A DNA stretch of 64,000 nt from Eledone cirrhosa (lineage: Eukaryota): the NCBI GenBank assembly GCA_964016885.1, contig OZ024744.1, forward strand, positions 8,308,001 to 8,372,000, given 5' to 3'. This document shows positions 12,611-26,300 of the stretch, one piece after another. Numbering within the stretch: the stretch's first letter is position 1; every line of letters starts with the position of its first letter. The position numbers were made by a program, and so were the translations under genes. The notes under the pieces are model-generated. The model did no database searches. It worked only from the letters and a program-made list of their open reading frames with translations, and was not told where the DNA came from.

Positions 12611-13428
12611 ATGATGGCTTCCCCCTCGTTATCGAATATGGCCATCACACGATAAAAAGATATTAATAATTAACAGTGCTGCGATCGAACGTGGCTTTTT
12701 AGCCCAGCCAATGATCTAAAATGTCTTGCACAGAGTCGGCAACCAAAACATTCACTGGGAATAGTCGGCTGTGGTTGGAGTTCGTGTACTTTTACATGTC
12801 GTTTGAACCCTCCTGCTGATTTACACTCTCTATCACATGTTTGGCAAGCATGATGAGTAACATCTCCAACAGCAGCCTGGTAGTCAACCACTGGTCTTAC
12901 TTTATGACTGCGAAGATGACTTTCGAGTCCAGCTTTGCTTAGGCAGAGTCTCGCACATACGCTGCATGTCAGCACCATAGGAGGACCCTCGCCGTCTGGA
13001 AGTGCAATGCCCTTCCTCACATCCCGCTTTACTTTCTCGTATGCGATTCGAGATGCCTCAAAGGCAACTTTTCCCTCATATACAGTCTTTCTCCATTTAT
13101 TACGATCAGCAGCAATATTTTCCCATGTATCAGCAGAGATGTTAGCGCCTTTCAGAGAGGCTTTCAAGGAATCCTTATACCTCTTTTTTGGTTTATGTGG
13201 AGGTCGTTTTCCTTTAACCAACTCTCCATAGAAGAGTTGTTTTGGTATTCTAGAATCCTTCATCCTGGCAAGGTCACCACTCCAACGGAGTCGTTGCTTA
13301 AGCACAAGAGTTTCTATACTTTCACACAAGGGCTGGATGTGGTCCCTCCAGTGAACGCCATGGGTCTGTCAGAGACACATCTTATGGAAACGTTCCAACT
13401 GTTTAAGGTGGTGTCGATATGTGACCCA
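12611..13428 (-). mobile_element. 5'-truncated RTE copy, same family as 1-935, in inverted orientation
   Basis: ORF 12670-13329 is nearly identical to 45-602 (includes a 6-bp indel). Upstream WVTYRHHLKQLERFHKMCL. Short 3'UTR ending ..GATGGCCATATTCGATAACGAGGGGGAAGCCATCAT plus (TA/TATG)n. Confidence 0.88.
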
Positions 13429-13489
13429 TATACATACTTACATGGATACATACATAAATCTGCTCCCATACATATATATATATATATAC

Positions 13490-13842
13490 ATGATGGCTGC
13501 CCCCTCGCTATCGAGTATGACCATTGCACGATATACCATTAATAATCATTAATTAATTCTATCGTGCAATGCCTGTGCGTGAAGAATATTATTAACGTGA
13601 GGAAAGACTGTGCACTGAGCCAATCCCACTCTCTGAGCGACAGTAGCTATAACCTAAAAGAAGAAAATATCAACATCATCGGTAACTACTGAGCTGCAGG
13701 TTTTATGTCGGAGTTAACCCAGTTTCCTGAGTTGCCTTCTCCTAGAAGAATGCCCTGACAAGGACTAGGGGTCGTTCACTCCCAGTGGTTTAACTGTTCG
13801 ATTGGGAGTCCAGCCCGACTATTTCTATGTCCCCGCGCATGA
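13490..13842 (-). mobile_element. Bipartite RTE-derived short element (5'UTR segment fused to the 3' terminal motif)
   Basis: 13570-13840 resembles the RTE 5'UTR (AAAAGAAGAA..TCAACATCATCGG; CCTTCTCCTAG). 13490-13531 is the RTE 3' terminal motif followed by (TA)n. No coding sequence lies between them. Confidence 0.65.
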
Positions 13843-13871
13843 ATTAAAAAAAAAACACTCACCTAGTGACA

Positions 13872-13928
13872 CTCATACATACGACACACACGCACGCACG
13901 CACATACACACACATACACACACACACA

Positions 13929-14006
<78 letters not shown>

Positions 14007-14083
14007 CGCACACAACAACACTCATGCATACAAACAAACACACGCCACTCACTTATACACACACACACACACACATATATATA

Positions 14084-14135
<52 letters not shown>
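13872..14135. repeat. (CA)n/(TA)n compound microsatellite
   Basis: Directly visible. Confidence 0.95.
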
Positions 14136-14139
<4 letters not shown>

Positions 14140-14369
14140 ACATTAACAGAGTAAGCTTTAAGCTATACTCTGACTGGCCTCCGTAGACTCAACAAACATT
14201 AGGATATACCTTAGCATAATCCCAGTTTAACGTTTGGGGTGCTAACTATATGTATTTTGCGGAAAGCCAGTTATATTATTTTATATGAGACATAATTAAA
14301 ATATATCTCCCTTTCCAAACCAATGTCTACAATTATAAGTTTTCTACAAGTTGGGAGAATGTGTCCGGG

Positions 14370-17300
14370 TTATGGACACATGTTGGACGGTGTTGTTGTT
14401 GTTGTAGACATTGGTGCCGCTGTTGTTGTTGTTGTTGTAGACATTGGTGCCGCTGTTGTTGTTGTTGTTGTAGACATTGGTGCCGCTGTTGTTGTTGTTG
14501 TTGTAGACATTGGTGCCGCTGTTGTTGTTGTTGTAGACGTTGGTGCCGCTGTTGTTGTTGTTGTTGTAGACATTGGTGCCGCTGTTGTTGTTGTTGTAGA
14601 CATTGGTGCCGCTGTTGTTGTTGTTGTTGGAGACATTGGTGCCGCTGTTGTTGTTGTTGTAGACATTGGTGCCGCTGTTGTTGTTGTTGTTGTAGACATT
14701 GGTGCCGCTGTTGTTGTTGTTGTAGACATTGGCGCCGGTGTTGTTGTTGTTGTTGTAGACATTGGTGCCGCTGTTGTTGTTGTTGTAGACATTGGTGCCG
14801 CTGTTGTTGTTGTTGTAGACATTGGTGCCGCTGTTGTTGTTGTTGTTGGAGACATTGGTGCCGCTGTTGTTGTTGTTGTTGTAGACATTGGTGCCGCTGT
14901 TGTTGTTGTTGTAGACATTGGTGCCGCTGTTGTTGTTGTTGTTGTAGACATTGGTGCCGGTGTTGTTGTTGTTGTTGTAGACATTGGTGCCGCTGTTGTT
15001 GTTGTTGTAGACATTGGTGCCGCTGTTGTTGTTGTTGTAGACATTGGTGCCGCTGTTGTTGTTGTTGTTGTAGACATTGGTGCCGCTGTTGTTGTTGTTG
15101 TTGTAGACATTGGTGCCGCTGTTGTTGTTGTTGTTGTAGACATTGGTGCCGCTGTTGTTGTTGTTGTAGAAATTGGTGCCGCTATTGTTGTTGTTGTTGT
15201 AGACATTGGTGCCGCTGTTGTTGTTGTTGTAGACGTTGGTGCCGCTGTTGTTGTTGTTGTTGTTGTAGACATTGGTGCCGGTGTTGTTGTTGTTGTAGAC
15301 ATTGGTGCCGCTGTTGTTGTTGTTGTAGACATTGGTGCCGCTGTTGTTGTTGTTGTTGTAGACATTGGTGCCGCTGTTGCTGTTGTTGTAGACATTGGTG
15401 CCGGTGTTGTTGTTGTTGTTGTAGACATTGGTGCCGCTGTTGTTGTTGTTGTTGTTGTAGACATTGGTGCCGCTGTTGTTGTTGTTGTTGTAGACATTGG
15501 TGCCGCTGTTGTTGTTGTTGTTGTTGTAGACATTGGTGCCGCTGTTGTTGTTGTTGTTGTAGACATTGGTGCCGCTGTTGTTGTTGTTGTTGTTGTAGAC
15601 ATTGGTGCCGCTGTTGTTGTTGTTGTAGACATTGGTGCCGCTGTTGTTGTTGTTGTAGACATTGGTGCCGCTGTTGTTGTTGTTGTTGTAGACATTGGTG
15701 CCGCTGTTGTTGTTGTTGTAGACATTGGTGCCGGTGTTGTTGTTGTTGTTGTAGACATTGGTGCCGCTGTTGTTGTTGTTGTTGTAGACATTGGTGCCGC
15801 TGTTGTTGTTGTTGTTGTAGACATTGGTGCCGCTGTTGTTGTTGTTGTTGTTGTTGTAGACATTGGTGCCGCTGTTGTTGTTGTTGTTGTAGACATTGGT
15901 GCCGCTGTTGTTGTTGTTGTAGACATTGGTGCCGGTGTTGTTGTTGTTGTTGTAGACATTGGTGCCGCTGTTGTTGTTGTTGTTGTAGACATTGGTGCCG
16001 CTGTTGTTGTTGTTGTTGTAGACATTGGTGCCGCTGTTGTTGTTGTTGTTGTAGACATTGGTGCCGCTGTTGTTGTTGTTGTTGTAGACATTGGTGCCGC
16101 TGTTGTTGTTGTTGTTGTAGACATTGGTGCCGCTGTTGTTGTTGTTGTAGACATTGGTGCCGCTGTTGTTGTTGTTGTTGTAGACATTGGTGCCGCTGTT
16201 GTTGTTGTTGTTGTAGACATTGGTGCCGGTGTTGTTGTTGTTGTTGTAGACATTGGTGCCGCTGTTGTTGTTGTTGTAGACATTGGTGCCGCTGTTGTTG
16301 TTGTTGTTGTAGACATTGGTGCCGCTGTTGTTGTTGTTGTTGTAGACATTGGTGCCGCTGTTGTTGTTGTTGTTGTAGACATTGGTGCCGCTGTTGTTGT
16401 TGTTGTAGACATTGGTGCCGGTGTTGTTGTTGTTGTTGTAGACATTGGTGCCGCTGTTGTTGTTGTTGTTGTAGACATTGGTGCCGCTGTTGTTGTTGTT
16501 GTTGTAGACATTGGTGCCGCTGTTGTTGTTGTTGTAGACATTGGTGCCGCTGTTGTTGTTGTTGTTGTAGACATTGGTGCCGCTGTTGTTGTTGTTGTAG
16601 ACATTGGTGCCGGTGTTGTTGTTGTTGTTGTAGACATTGGTGCCGGTGTTGTTGTTGTTGTTGTAGACATTCGTGCCGCTGTTGTTGTTGTTGTTGTAGA
16701 CATTGGTGCCGCTGTTGTTGTTGTTGTTGTAGACATTGGTGCCGCTGTTGTTGTTGTTGTTGTAGACATTGGTGCCGCTGTTGTTGTTGTTGTAGACATT
16801 GGTGCCGGTGTTGTTGTTGTTGTTGTAGACATTGGTGCCGCTGTTGTTGTTGTTGATGTAGACATTGGTGCCGCTGTTGTTGTTGTTGTTGTAGACATTG
16901 GTGCCGCTGTTGTTGTTGTTGTTGTAGACATTGGTGCCGCTGTTGTTGTTGTTGTAGACATTGGTGCCGCTGTTGTTGTTGTTGTTGTAGACATTGGTGC
17001 CGCTGTTGTTGTTGTTGTTGTAGACATTGGTGCCGGTGTTGTTGTTGTTGTTGTAGACATTGGTGCCGCTGTTGTTGTTGTTGTAGACATTGGTGCCGCT
17101 GTTGTTGTTGTTGTTGTAGACATTGGTGCCGCTGTTGTTGTTGTTGTTGTAGACATTGGTGCCGCTGTTGTTGTTGTTGTTGTAGACATTGGTGCCGCTG
17201 TTGTTGTTGTTGTAGACATTGGTGCCGGTGTTGTTGTTGTTGTTGTAGACATTGGTGCCGCTGTTGTTGTTGTTGTTGTAGACATTGGTGCCGCTGTTGT

Positions 17301-20300
17301 TGTTGTTGTAGACATTGGTGCCGCTGTTGTTGTTGTTGTAGACATTGGTGCCGGTGTTGTTGTTGTTGTTGTAGACATTGGTGCCGGTGTTGTTGTTGTT
17401 GTTGTTGTAGACATTGGTGCCGCTGTTGTTGTTGTTGTTGTAGACATTGGTGCCGGTGTTGTTGTTGTTGTTGTAGACATTGGTGCCGGTGTTGTTGTTG
17501 TTGTTGTAGACATTGGTGCCGCTGTTGTTGCTGTTGTTGTAGACATTGGTGCCGCTGTTGTTGTTGTTGTAGACGTTGGTGCCGCTGTTGTTGTTGTTGT
17601 AGACATTGGTGCCACTGTTGTTGTTGTTGTTGTTGTTGTAGACATTGGTGCCGCTGTTGTTGTTGTTGTAGACATTGGTGCCGCTGTTGTTGTTGTTGTT
17701 GTAGACATTGGTGCCGCTGTTGTTGTTGTTGTTGTAGACATTGGTGCCCGTGTTGTTGTTGTTGTAGATATTGGTGCCGGTGTTGTTGTTGTTGTAGACA
17801 TTGGTGCCGCTGTTGTTGTTGTTGTTGTAGACATTGGTGCCTGTGTTGTTGTTGTTGTAGACATTGGTGCCTGTGTTGTTGTTGTTGTAGACATTGGTGC
17901 CGCTGTTGTTGTTGTTGTAGACATTGGTGCCGCTGTTGTTGTTGTTGTTGTAGACATTGGTGCCTGTGTTGTTGTTGTTGTAGACATTGGTGCCTGTGTT
18001 GTTGTTGTTGTAGACATTGGTGCCGCTGTTGTTGTTGTTGTAGACATTGGTGCCGCTGTTGTTGTTGTTGTAGACATTGGTGCCGGTGTTGTTGTTGTAG
18101 ACATTGGTGCCGCTGTTGTTGTTGTTGTAGACATTGGTGCCGCTGTTGTTGTTGTTGTAGACATTGGTGCCGCTGTTGTTGTTGTTGTAGACATTGGTGC
18201 CGCTGTTGTTGTTGTTGTAGACATTGGTGCCGGTGTTGTTGTTGTTGTAGACATTGGTGCCGCTGTTGTTGTTGTTGTAGACATTGGTGCCGGTGTTGCT
18301 GTTGTAGACATTGGTGCCGCTGTTGTTGTTGTTGTAGACATTGGTGCCGCTGTTGTTGTTGTTGTAGACATTGGTGCCGCTGTTGTTGTTGTTGTAGACA
18401 TTGGTGCCGGTGTTGTTGTTGTTGTAGACATTGGTGCCGCTGTTGTTGTTGTTGTAGACATTGGTGCCGCTGTTGTTGTTGTTGTAGACATTGGTGCCGG
18501 TGTTGTTGTTGTTGTAGACATTGGTGCCGCTGTTGTTGTTGTTGTAGACATTGGTGCCGCTGTTGTTGTTGTTGTAGACATTGGTGCCGCTGTTGTTGTT
18601 GTTGTAGACATTGGTGCCGCTGTTATTGCTGTTGTAGACATTGGTGCCGGTGTTGTTGTTGTTGTAGACATTGGTGCCGCTGTTGTTGTTGTTGTAGATA
18701 TTGGTGCCGCTGTTGCTGTTGTTGTAGACATTGGTGCCGCTGTTGTTGTTGTTGTAGATATTGGTGCCGCTGTTGTTGTTGTTGTTGTAGACATTGGTGC
18801 CGCTGTTGTTGTTGTTGTTGTAGACACTGGTGCCGCTGTTGTTGTTGTTGTAGACATTGGTGCCGCTGTTGTTGTTGTTGTTGTAGACATTGGTGCCGCT
18901 GTTGTTGTTGTTGTAGACATTGGTGCCGGTGTTGTTGCTGTTGTAGACATTGGTGCCGGTGTTGTTGTTGTTGTAGACATTGGTGCCGGTGTTGTTGTTG
19001 TTGTAGACATTGGTGCCGCTGTTGTTGTTGTTGTAGACATTGGTGCCGCTGTTGTTGTTGTTGTAGACATTGGTGCCGGTGTTGTTGTTGTTGTAGACAT
19101 TGGTGCCGCTGTTGTTGTTGTTGTAGACATTGGTGCCGCTGTTGTTGTTGTTGTAGACATTGGTGCCGCTGTTGTTGTTGTTGTAGACATTGGTGCCGCT
19201 GTTGTTGTTGTTGTTGTTGTAGACATTGGTGCCGCTGTTGTTGTTGTAGACATTGGTGCCGCTGTTGTTGTTGTTGTAGACATTGGTGCCGCTGTTGTTG
19301 TTGTTGTTGTTGTAGACATTGGTGCCGCTGTTGTTGTTGTTGTTGTAGACATTGGTGCCGCTGTTGTTGTTGTAGACACTGGTGCCGCTGTTGTTGTTGT
19401 AGACGTTGGTGCCGCTGTTGTTGTTGTTGTAGACATTGGTGCCGCTGTTGTTGTTGTAGACACTGGTGCCGCTGTTGTTGTTGTAGACGTTGGTGCCGTT
19501 GTTGTTGTTGTAGACATTGGTGCCGCTGTTGTTGTTGTTGTTGTAGACATTGGTGCCGCTGTTGTTGTTGTTGTTGTAGACATTGGTGCCGCTGTTGTTG
19601 TTGTTGTAGACATTGGTGCCGCTGTTGTTGTTGTTGTTGTAGACATTGGTGCCGCTGTTGTTGTTGTTGTTGTAGACATTGGTGCCGCTGTTGTTGTTGT
19701 TGTTGTAGACATTGGTGCCGCTGTTGTTGTTGTTGTTGTAGACATTGGTGCCGCTGTTGTTGTTGTTGTTGTAGACATTGGTGCCGCTGTTGTTGTTGTT
19801 GTTGTAGACATTGGTGCCGCTGTTGTTGTTGTTGTTGTAGACATTGGTGCCGCTGTTGTTGTTGTTGTTGTAGACATTGGTGCCGCTGTTGTTGTTGTTG
19901 TAGACATTGGTGCCGGTGTTGTTGTTGTTGTTGTAGACATTGGTGCCGCTGTTGTTGTTGTTGTTGTAGACATTGGTGCCGCTGTTGTTGTTGTTGTTGT
20001 AGACATTGGTGCCGCTGTTGTTGTTGTTGTTGTAGACATTGGTGCCGCTGTTGTTGTTGTTGTAGACATTGGTGCCGCTGTTGTTGTTGTTGTTGTAGAC
20101 ATTGGTGCCGCTGTTGTTGTTGTTGTTGTAGACATTGGTGCCGGTGTTGTTGTTGTTGTTGTAGACATTGGTGCCGCTGTTGTTGTTGTTGTTGTAGACA
20201 TTGGTGCCGCTGTTGTTGTTGTTGTTGTTGTAGACATTGGTGCCGCTGTTGTTGTTGTTGTTGTAGACATTGGTGCCGCTGTTGTTGTTGTTGTTGTAGA

Positions 20301-23300
20301 CATTGGTGCCGCTGTTGTTGTTGTTGTAGACATTGGTGCCGGTGTTGTTGTTGTTGTTGTAGACATTGGTGCCGCTGTTGTTGTTGTTGTTGTAGACATT
20401 GGTGCCGCTGTTGTTGTTGTTGTAGACATTGGTGCCGCTGTTGTTGTTGTTGTAGACATTGGTGCCGGTGTTGTTGTTGTTGTTGTAGACATTGGTGCCG
20501 GTGTTGTTGTTGTTGTTGTTGTAGACATTGGTGCCGCTGTTGTTGTTGTTGTTGTAGACATTGGTGCCGGTGTTGTTGTTGTTGTTGTAGACATTGGTGC
20601 CGGTGTTGTTGTTGTTGTTGTAGACATTGGTGCCGCTGTTGTTGCTGTTGTTGTAGACATTGGTGCCGCTGTTGTTGTTGTTGTAGACGTTGGTGCCGCT
20701 GTTGTTGTTGTTGTAGACATTGGTGCCACTGTTGTTGTTGTTGTTGTTGTTGTAGACATTGGTGCCGCTGTTGTTGTTGTTGTAGACATTGGTGCCGCTG
20801 TTGTTGTTGTTGTTGTAGACATTGGTGCCGCTGTTGTTGTTGTTGTAGACATTGGTGCCGGTGTTGTTGTTGTTGTAGATATTGGTGCCGGTGTTGTTGT
20901 TGTTGTAGACATTGGTGCCGCTGTTGTTGTTGTTGTTGTAGACATTGGTGCCTGTGTTGTTGTTGTTGTAGACATTGGTGCCTGTGTTGTTGTTGTTGTA
21001 GACATTGGTGCCGCTGTTGTTGTTGTTGTAGACATTGGTGCCGCTGTTGTTGTTGTTGTTGTAGACATTGGTGCCTGTGTTGTTGTTGTTGTAGACATTG
21101 GTGCCTGTGTTGTTGTTGTTGTAGACATTGGTGCCGCTGTTGTTGTTGTTGTAGACATTGGTGCCGCTGTTGTTGTTGTTGTAGACATTGGTGCCGGTGT
21201 TGTTGTTGTTGTAGACATTGGTGCCGCTGTTGTTGTTGTTGTAGACATTGGTGCCGCTGTTGTTGTTGTTGTAGACATTGGTGCCGCTGTTGTTGTTGTT
21301 GTAGACATTGGTGCCGCTGTTGTTGTTGTTGTAGACATTGGTGCCGGTGTTGTTGTTGTTGTAGACATTGGTGCCGCTGTTGTTGTTGTTGTAGACATTG
21401 GTGCCGGTGTTGTTGCTGTTGTAGACATTGGTGCCGCTGTTGTTGTTGTTGTAGACATTGGTGCCGCTGTTGTTGTTGTTGTAGACATTGGTGCCGCTGT
21501 TGTTGTTGTTGTAGACATTTGTGCCGGTGTTGTTGTTGTTGTAGACATTGGTGCCGCTGTTGTTGTTGTTGTAGACATTGGTGCCGCTGTTGTTGTTGTT
21601 GTAGACATTGGTGCCGGTGTTGTTGTTGTTGTAGACATTGGTGCCGCTGTTGTTGTTGTTGTAGACATTGGTGCCGCTGTTGTTGTTGTTGTAGACATTG
21701 GTGCCGCTGTTGTTGTTGTTGTAGACATTGGTGCCGCTGTTGTTGCTGTTGTAGACATTGGTGCCGGTGTTGTTGTTGTTGTAGACATTGGTGCCGCTGT
21801 TGTTGTTGTTGTAGATATTGGTGCCGCTGTTGCTGTTGTTGTAGACATTGGTGCCGGTGTTGTTGTTGTTGTTGTAGACATTGGTGCCGGTGTTGTTGTT
21901 GTTGTTGTAGACATTGGTGCCGCTGTTGTTGTTGTTGTTGTAGACATTGGTGCCGGTGTTGTTGTTGTTGTTGTAGACATTGGTGCCGCTGTTGTTGCTG
22001 TTGTTGTAGACATTGGTGCCGGTGTTGTTGTTGTTGTTGTAGACATTGGTGCCGCTGTTGTTGCTGTTGTTGTAGACATTGGTGCCGGTGTTGTTGTTGT
22101 TGTTGTAGACATTGGTGCCGGTGTTGTTGTTGTTGTTGTAGACATTGGTGCCGCTGTTGTTGCTGTTGTTGTAGACATTGGTGCCAGTGTTGTTGTTGTT
22201 GTTGTAGACATTGGTGCCGCTGTTGTTGTTGTTGTTGTTGTTGTAGACATTGGTGCCGCTGTTGTTGTTGTAGACATTGGTGCCGCTGTTGTTGTTGTTG
22301 TAGACATTGGTGTCGGTGTTGTTGTTGTTGTTGTAGACACTGGTGCCGCTGTTGTTGTTGTTGTTGTAGACATTGGTGTCGCTGTTGTTGTTGTTGTTGT
22401 AGACATTGGTGCCGCTGTTGTTGTTGTTGTTGTAGACATTGGTGCCGCTGTTGTTGTTGTTGTTGTAGACATTGGTGCCGCTGTTGTTGTTGTTGTAGAC
22501 ATTGGTGCCGCTGTTGTTGTTGTTGTAGACATTGGTGCCGCTGTTGTTGTTGTTGTTGTAGACATTGGTGCCGCTGTTGTTGTTGTTGTAGACATTGGTG
22601 CCGCTGTTGTTGTTGTTGTAGACATTGGTGCCGCTGTTGTTGTTGTTGTTGTAGACATTGGTGCCGCTGTTGTTGTTGTTGTTGTTGTAGACATTGGTGC
22701 CGCTGTTGTTGTTGTTGTAGACATTGGTGCCGCTGTTGTTGTTGTTGTTGTAGACATTGGTGCCGCTGTTGTTGTTGTTGTAGACATTGGTGCCGCTGTT
22801 GTTGTTGTTGTTGTAGACATTGGTGCCGCTGTTGTTGTTGTTGTAGACATTGGTGCCGCTGTTGTTGTTGTTGTAGACATTGGTGCCGCTGTTGTTGTTG
22901 TTGTTGTTGTAGACATTGGTGCCGCTGTTGTTGTTGTTGTAGACATTGGTGCCGCTGTTGTTGTTGTTGTAGACATTGGTGCCGCTGTTGTTGTTGTTGT
23001 TGTAGACATTGGTGCCGGTGTTGTTGTTGTTGTTGTAGACATTGGTGCCGCTGTTGTTGTTGTTGTTGTAGACATTGGTGCCGCTGTTGTTTTTGTTGTT
23101 GTAGACATTGGTGCCGCTGTTGTTGTTGTTGTTGTTGTTGTAGACATTGGTGCCGCTGTTGTTGTTGTTGTTGTAGACATTGGTGCCGCTGTTGTTGTTG
23201 TTGTAGACATTGGTGCCGGTGTTGTTGTTGTTGTTGTAGACATTGGTGCCGCTGTTGTTGTTGTTGTTGTAGACATTGGTGCCGCTGTTGTTGTTGTTGT

Positions 23301-26300
23301 TGTAGACATTGGTGCCGCTGTTGTTGTTGTTGTTGTAGACATTGGTGCCGCTGTTGTTGTTGTTGTAGACATTGGTGCCGGTGTTGTTGTTGTTGTTGTA
23401 GACATTGGTGCCGCTGTTGTTATTGTTGTTGTAGACATTGGTGCCGGTGTTGTTGTTGTTGTTGTAGACATTGGTGCCGCTGTTGTTGTTGTTGTAGACA
23501 TTGGTGCCGCTGTTGTTGTTGTTGTTGTAGACATTGGTGCCGCTGTTGTTGTTGTTGTTGTAGACATTGGTGCCGCTGTTGTTGTTGTTGTTGTTGTAGA
23601 CATTGGTGCCGCTGTTGTTGTTGTTGTTGTAGACATTGGTGCCGCTGTTGTTGTTGTTGTTGTAGACATTGGTGCCGCTGTTGTTGTTGTTGTAGACATT
23701 GGTGCCGCTGTTGTTGCTGTTGTTGTAGACATTGGTGCCGCTGTTGTTGTTGTTGTAGACATTGGTGCCGTTGTTGTTGTTGTTGTTGTAGACACTGGTG
23801 CCGCTGTTGTTGTTGTTGTAGACATTGGTGCCGCTGTTGTTGTTGTTGTTGTAGACATTGGTGCCGGTGTTGTTGTTGTTGTTGTAGACATTGGTGCCGC
23901 TGTTGTTGTTGTTGTTGTAGACATTGGTGCCGCTGTTGTTGTTGTTGTTGTAGACATTGGTGCCGCTGTTGTTGTTGTTGTAGACATTGGTGCCGCTGTT
24001 GTTGTTGTTGTTGTAGACATTGGTGCCGCTGTTGTTGTTGTTGTAGACATTGGTGCCGGTGTTGTTGTTGTTGTAGACATTGGTGCCGGTGTTGTTGTTG
24101 TTGTTGTTGTAGACATTGGTGCCGCTGTTGTTGTTGTTGTAGACATTGGTGCCGGTGTTGTTGTTGTTGTTGTTGTTGTTGTAGACATTGGTGCCGGTGT
24201 TGTTGTTGTTGTTGTTGTTGTAGACATTGGTGCCGCTGTTGTTGTTGTTGTAGACATTGGTGCCGCTGTTGTTGTTGTTGTTGTAGATATTGGTGCCGGA
24301 GTTGTTGTTGTTGTTGTAGACATTCGTGCCGCTGTTGTTGTTGTTGTAGACATTGGTGCCGCTGTTGTTGTTGTTGTAGACATTGGTGCCACTGTTGTTG
24401 TTGTTGTAGACATTGGTGCCGCTGTTGTTGTTGTTGTAGACATTGGTGCCGGTGATGTTGTTGTAGACATTGGTGCCGCTGTTGTTGTTGTTGTAGACAT
24501 TGGTGCCGCTGTTGTTGTTGTTGTAGATATTGGTGCCGGTGTTGTTGTTGTTGTAGACATTGGTGCCGCTGATGTTGTTGTTGTAGACATTGGTGCCGAT
24601 GTTGTTGTTGTTGTAGACATTGGTGCCTGTGTTGTTGTTGTTGTAGACATTGGTGCCTGTGTTGTTGTTGTTGTAGACATTGGTGCCGCTGTTGTTGTTG
24701 TTGTAGACATTGGTGCCGCTGTTGTTGTTGTTGTAGACATTGGTGCCGGTGTTGTTGTTGTTGTAGACATTGGTGCCGCTGTTGTTGTTGTTGTTGTAGA
24801 CATTGGTGCCGCTGTTGTTGTTGTTGTAGACATTGGTGCCGCTGTTGTTGTTGTTGTTGTAGACATTGGTGCCTGTGTTGTTGTTGTTGTAGACATTGGT
24901 GCCTGTGTTGTTGTTGTTGTAGACATTGGTGCCGCTGTTGTTGTTGTTGTAGACATTGGTGCCGCTGTTGTTGTTGTTGTAGACATTGGTGCCGGTGTTG
25001 TTGTTGTTGTAGACATTGGTGCCGCTGTTGTTGTTGTTGTAGACATTGGTGCCGGTGTTGTTGTTGTTGTAGACATTGGTGCCGCTGTTGTTGTTCTTGT
25101 AGACATTGGTGCCCGTGTTGTTGTTGTAGACATTGGTGCCGCTGTTGTTGTTGTTGTAGACATTGGTACCGCTGTTGTTGTTGTTGTTGTAGACATTAGT
25201 GCCGCTGTTGTTGTTGTTGTAGACATTGGTGCCGGTGTTGTTGTTGTAGACATTGGTGCCGCTGTTGTTGTTGTTGTAGACATTGGTGCCGCTGTTGTTG
25301 TTGTTGTAGACATTGGTGCCGCTGTTGTTGTTGTTGTAGACATTGGTGCCGCTGTTGTTGTTGTTGTTGTAGACATTGGTGCCGGTGTTGTTGTTGTTGT
25401 AGACATTGGTGCCGCTGTTGTTGTTGTTGTAGACATTGGTGCCGCTGTTGTTGTTGTTGTAGACATTGGTGCCGCTGTTGTTGTTGTTGTAGACATTGGT
25501 GCCGCTGTTGTTGTTGTTGTAGACATTGGTGCCGCTGTTGTTGTTGTTGTTGTAGACATTGGTGCCGGTGTTGTTGTTGTTGTAGACATTGGTGCCGCTG
25601 TTGTTGTTGTAGACACTGGTGCCGCTGTTGTTGCTGTTGTTGTAGACATTGGTGCCGCTGTTGTTGTTGTTGTAGACATTGGTGCCGGTGTTGTTGTTGT
25701 TGTTGTAGACATTGGTGCCGCTGCTGTTGTTGTTGTAGACATTGGTGCCGTTGCTGTTGTTGTTGTTGTAGACATTGGTGCCGCTGTTGTTGTTGTTGTT
25801 GTAGACATTGGTGCCGCTGTTGTTGTTGTTGTAGACATTGGTGCCGCTGTTGTTGTTGTTGTAGACATTGGTGCCGGTGTTGTTGTTGTTGTAGACATTG
25901 GTGCCGCTGTTGTTGTTGTTGTAGATATTGGTGCCGCTGTTGTTGTTGTTGTTGTAGACATTGGTGCCGCTGTTGTTGTTGTTGTTGTAGACATTGGTGC
26001 CGCTGTTGTTGTTGTTGTTGTAGACATTGGTGCCGCTGTTGTTGTTGTTGTAGACATTGGTGCCGGTGTTGTTGCTGTTGTAGACATTGGTGCCGCTGTT
26101 GTTGTTGTTGTAGACATTGGTGCCGCTGTTGTTGTTGTTGTAGACATTGGTGCCGCTGTTGTTGTTGTTGTAGACATTGGTGCCGCTGTTGTTGTTGTTG
26201 TAGACATTGGTGCCGGTGTTGTTGTTGTTGTAGACATTGGTGCCGCTGTTGTTGTTGTTGTAGACATTGGTGCCGGTGTTGTTGCTGTTGTAGACATTGG

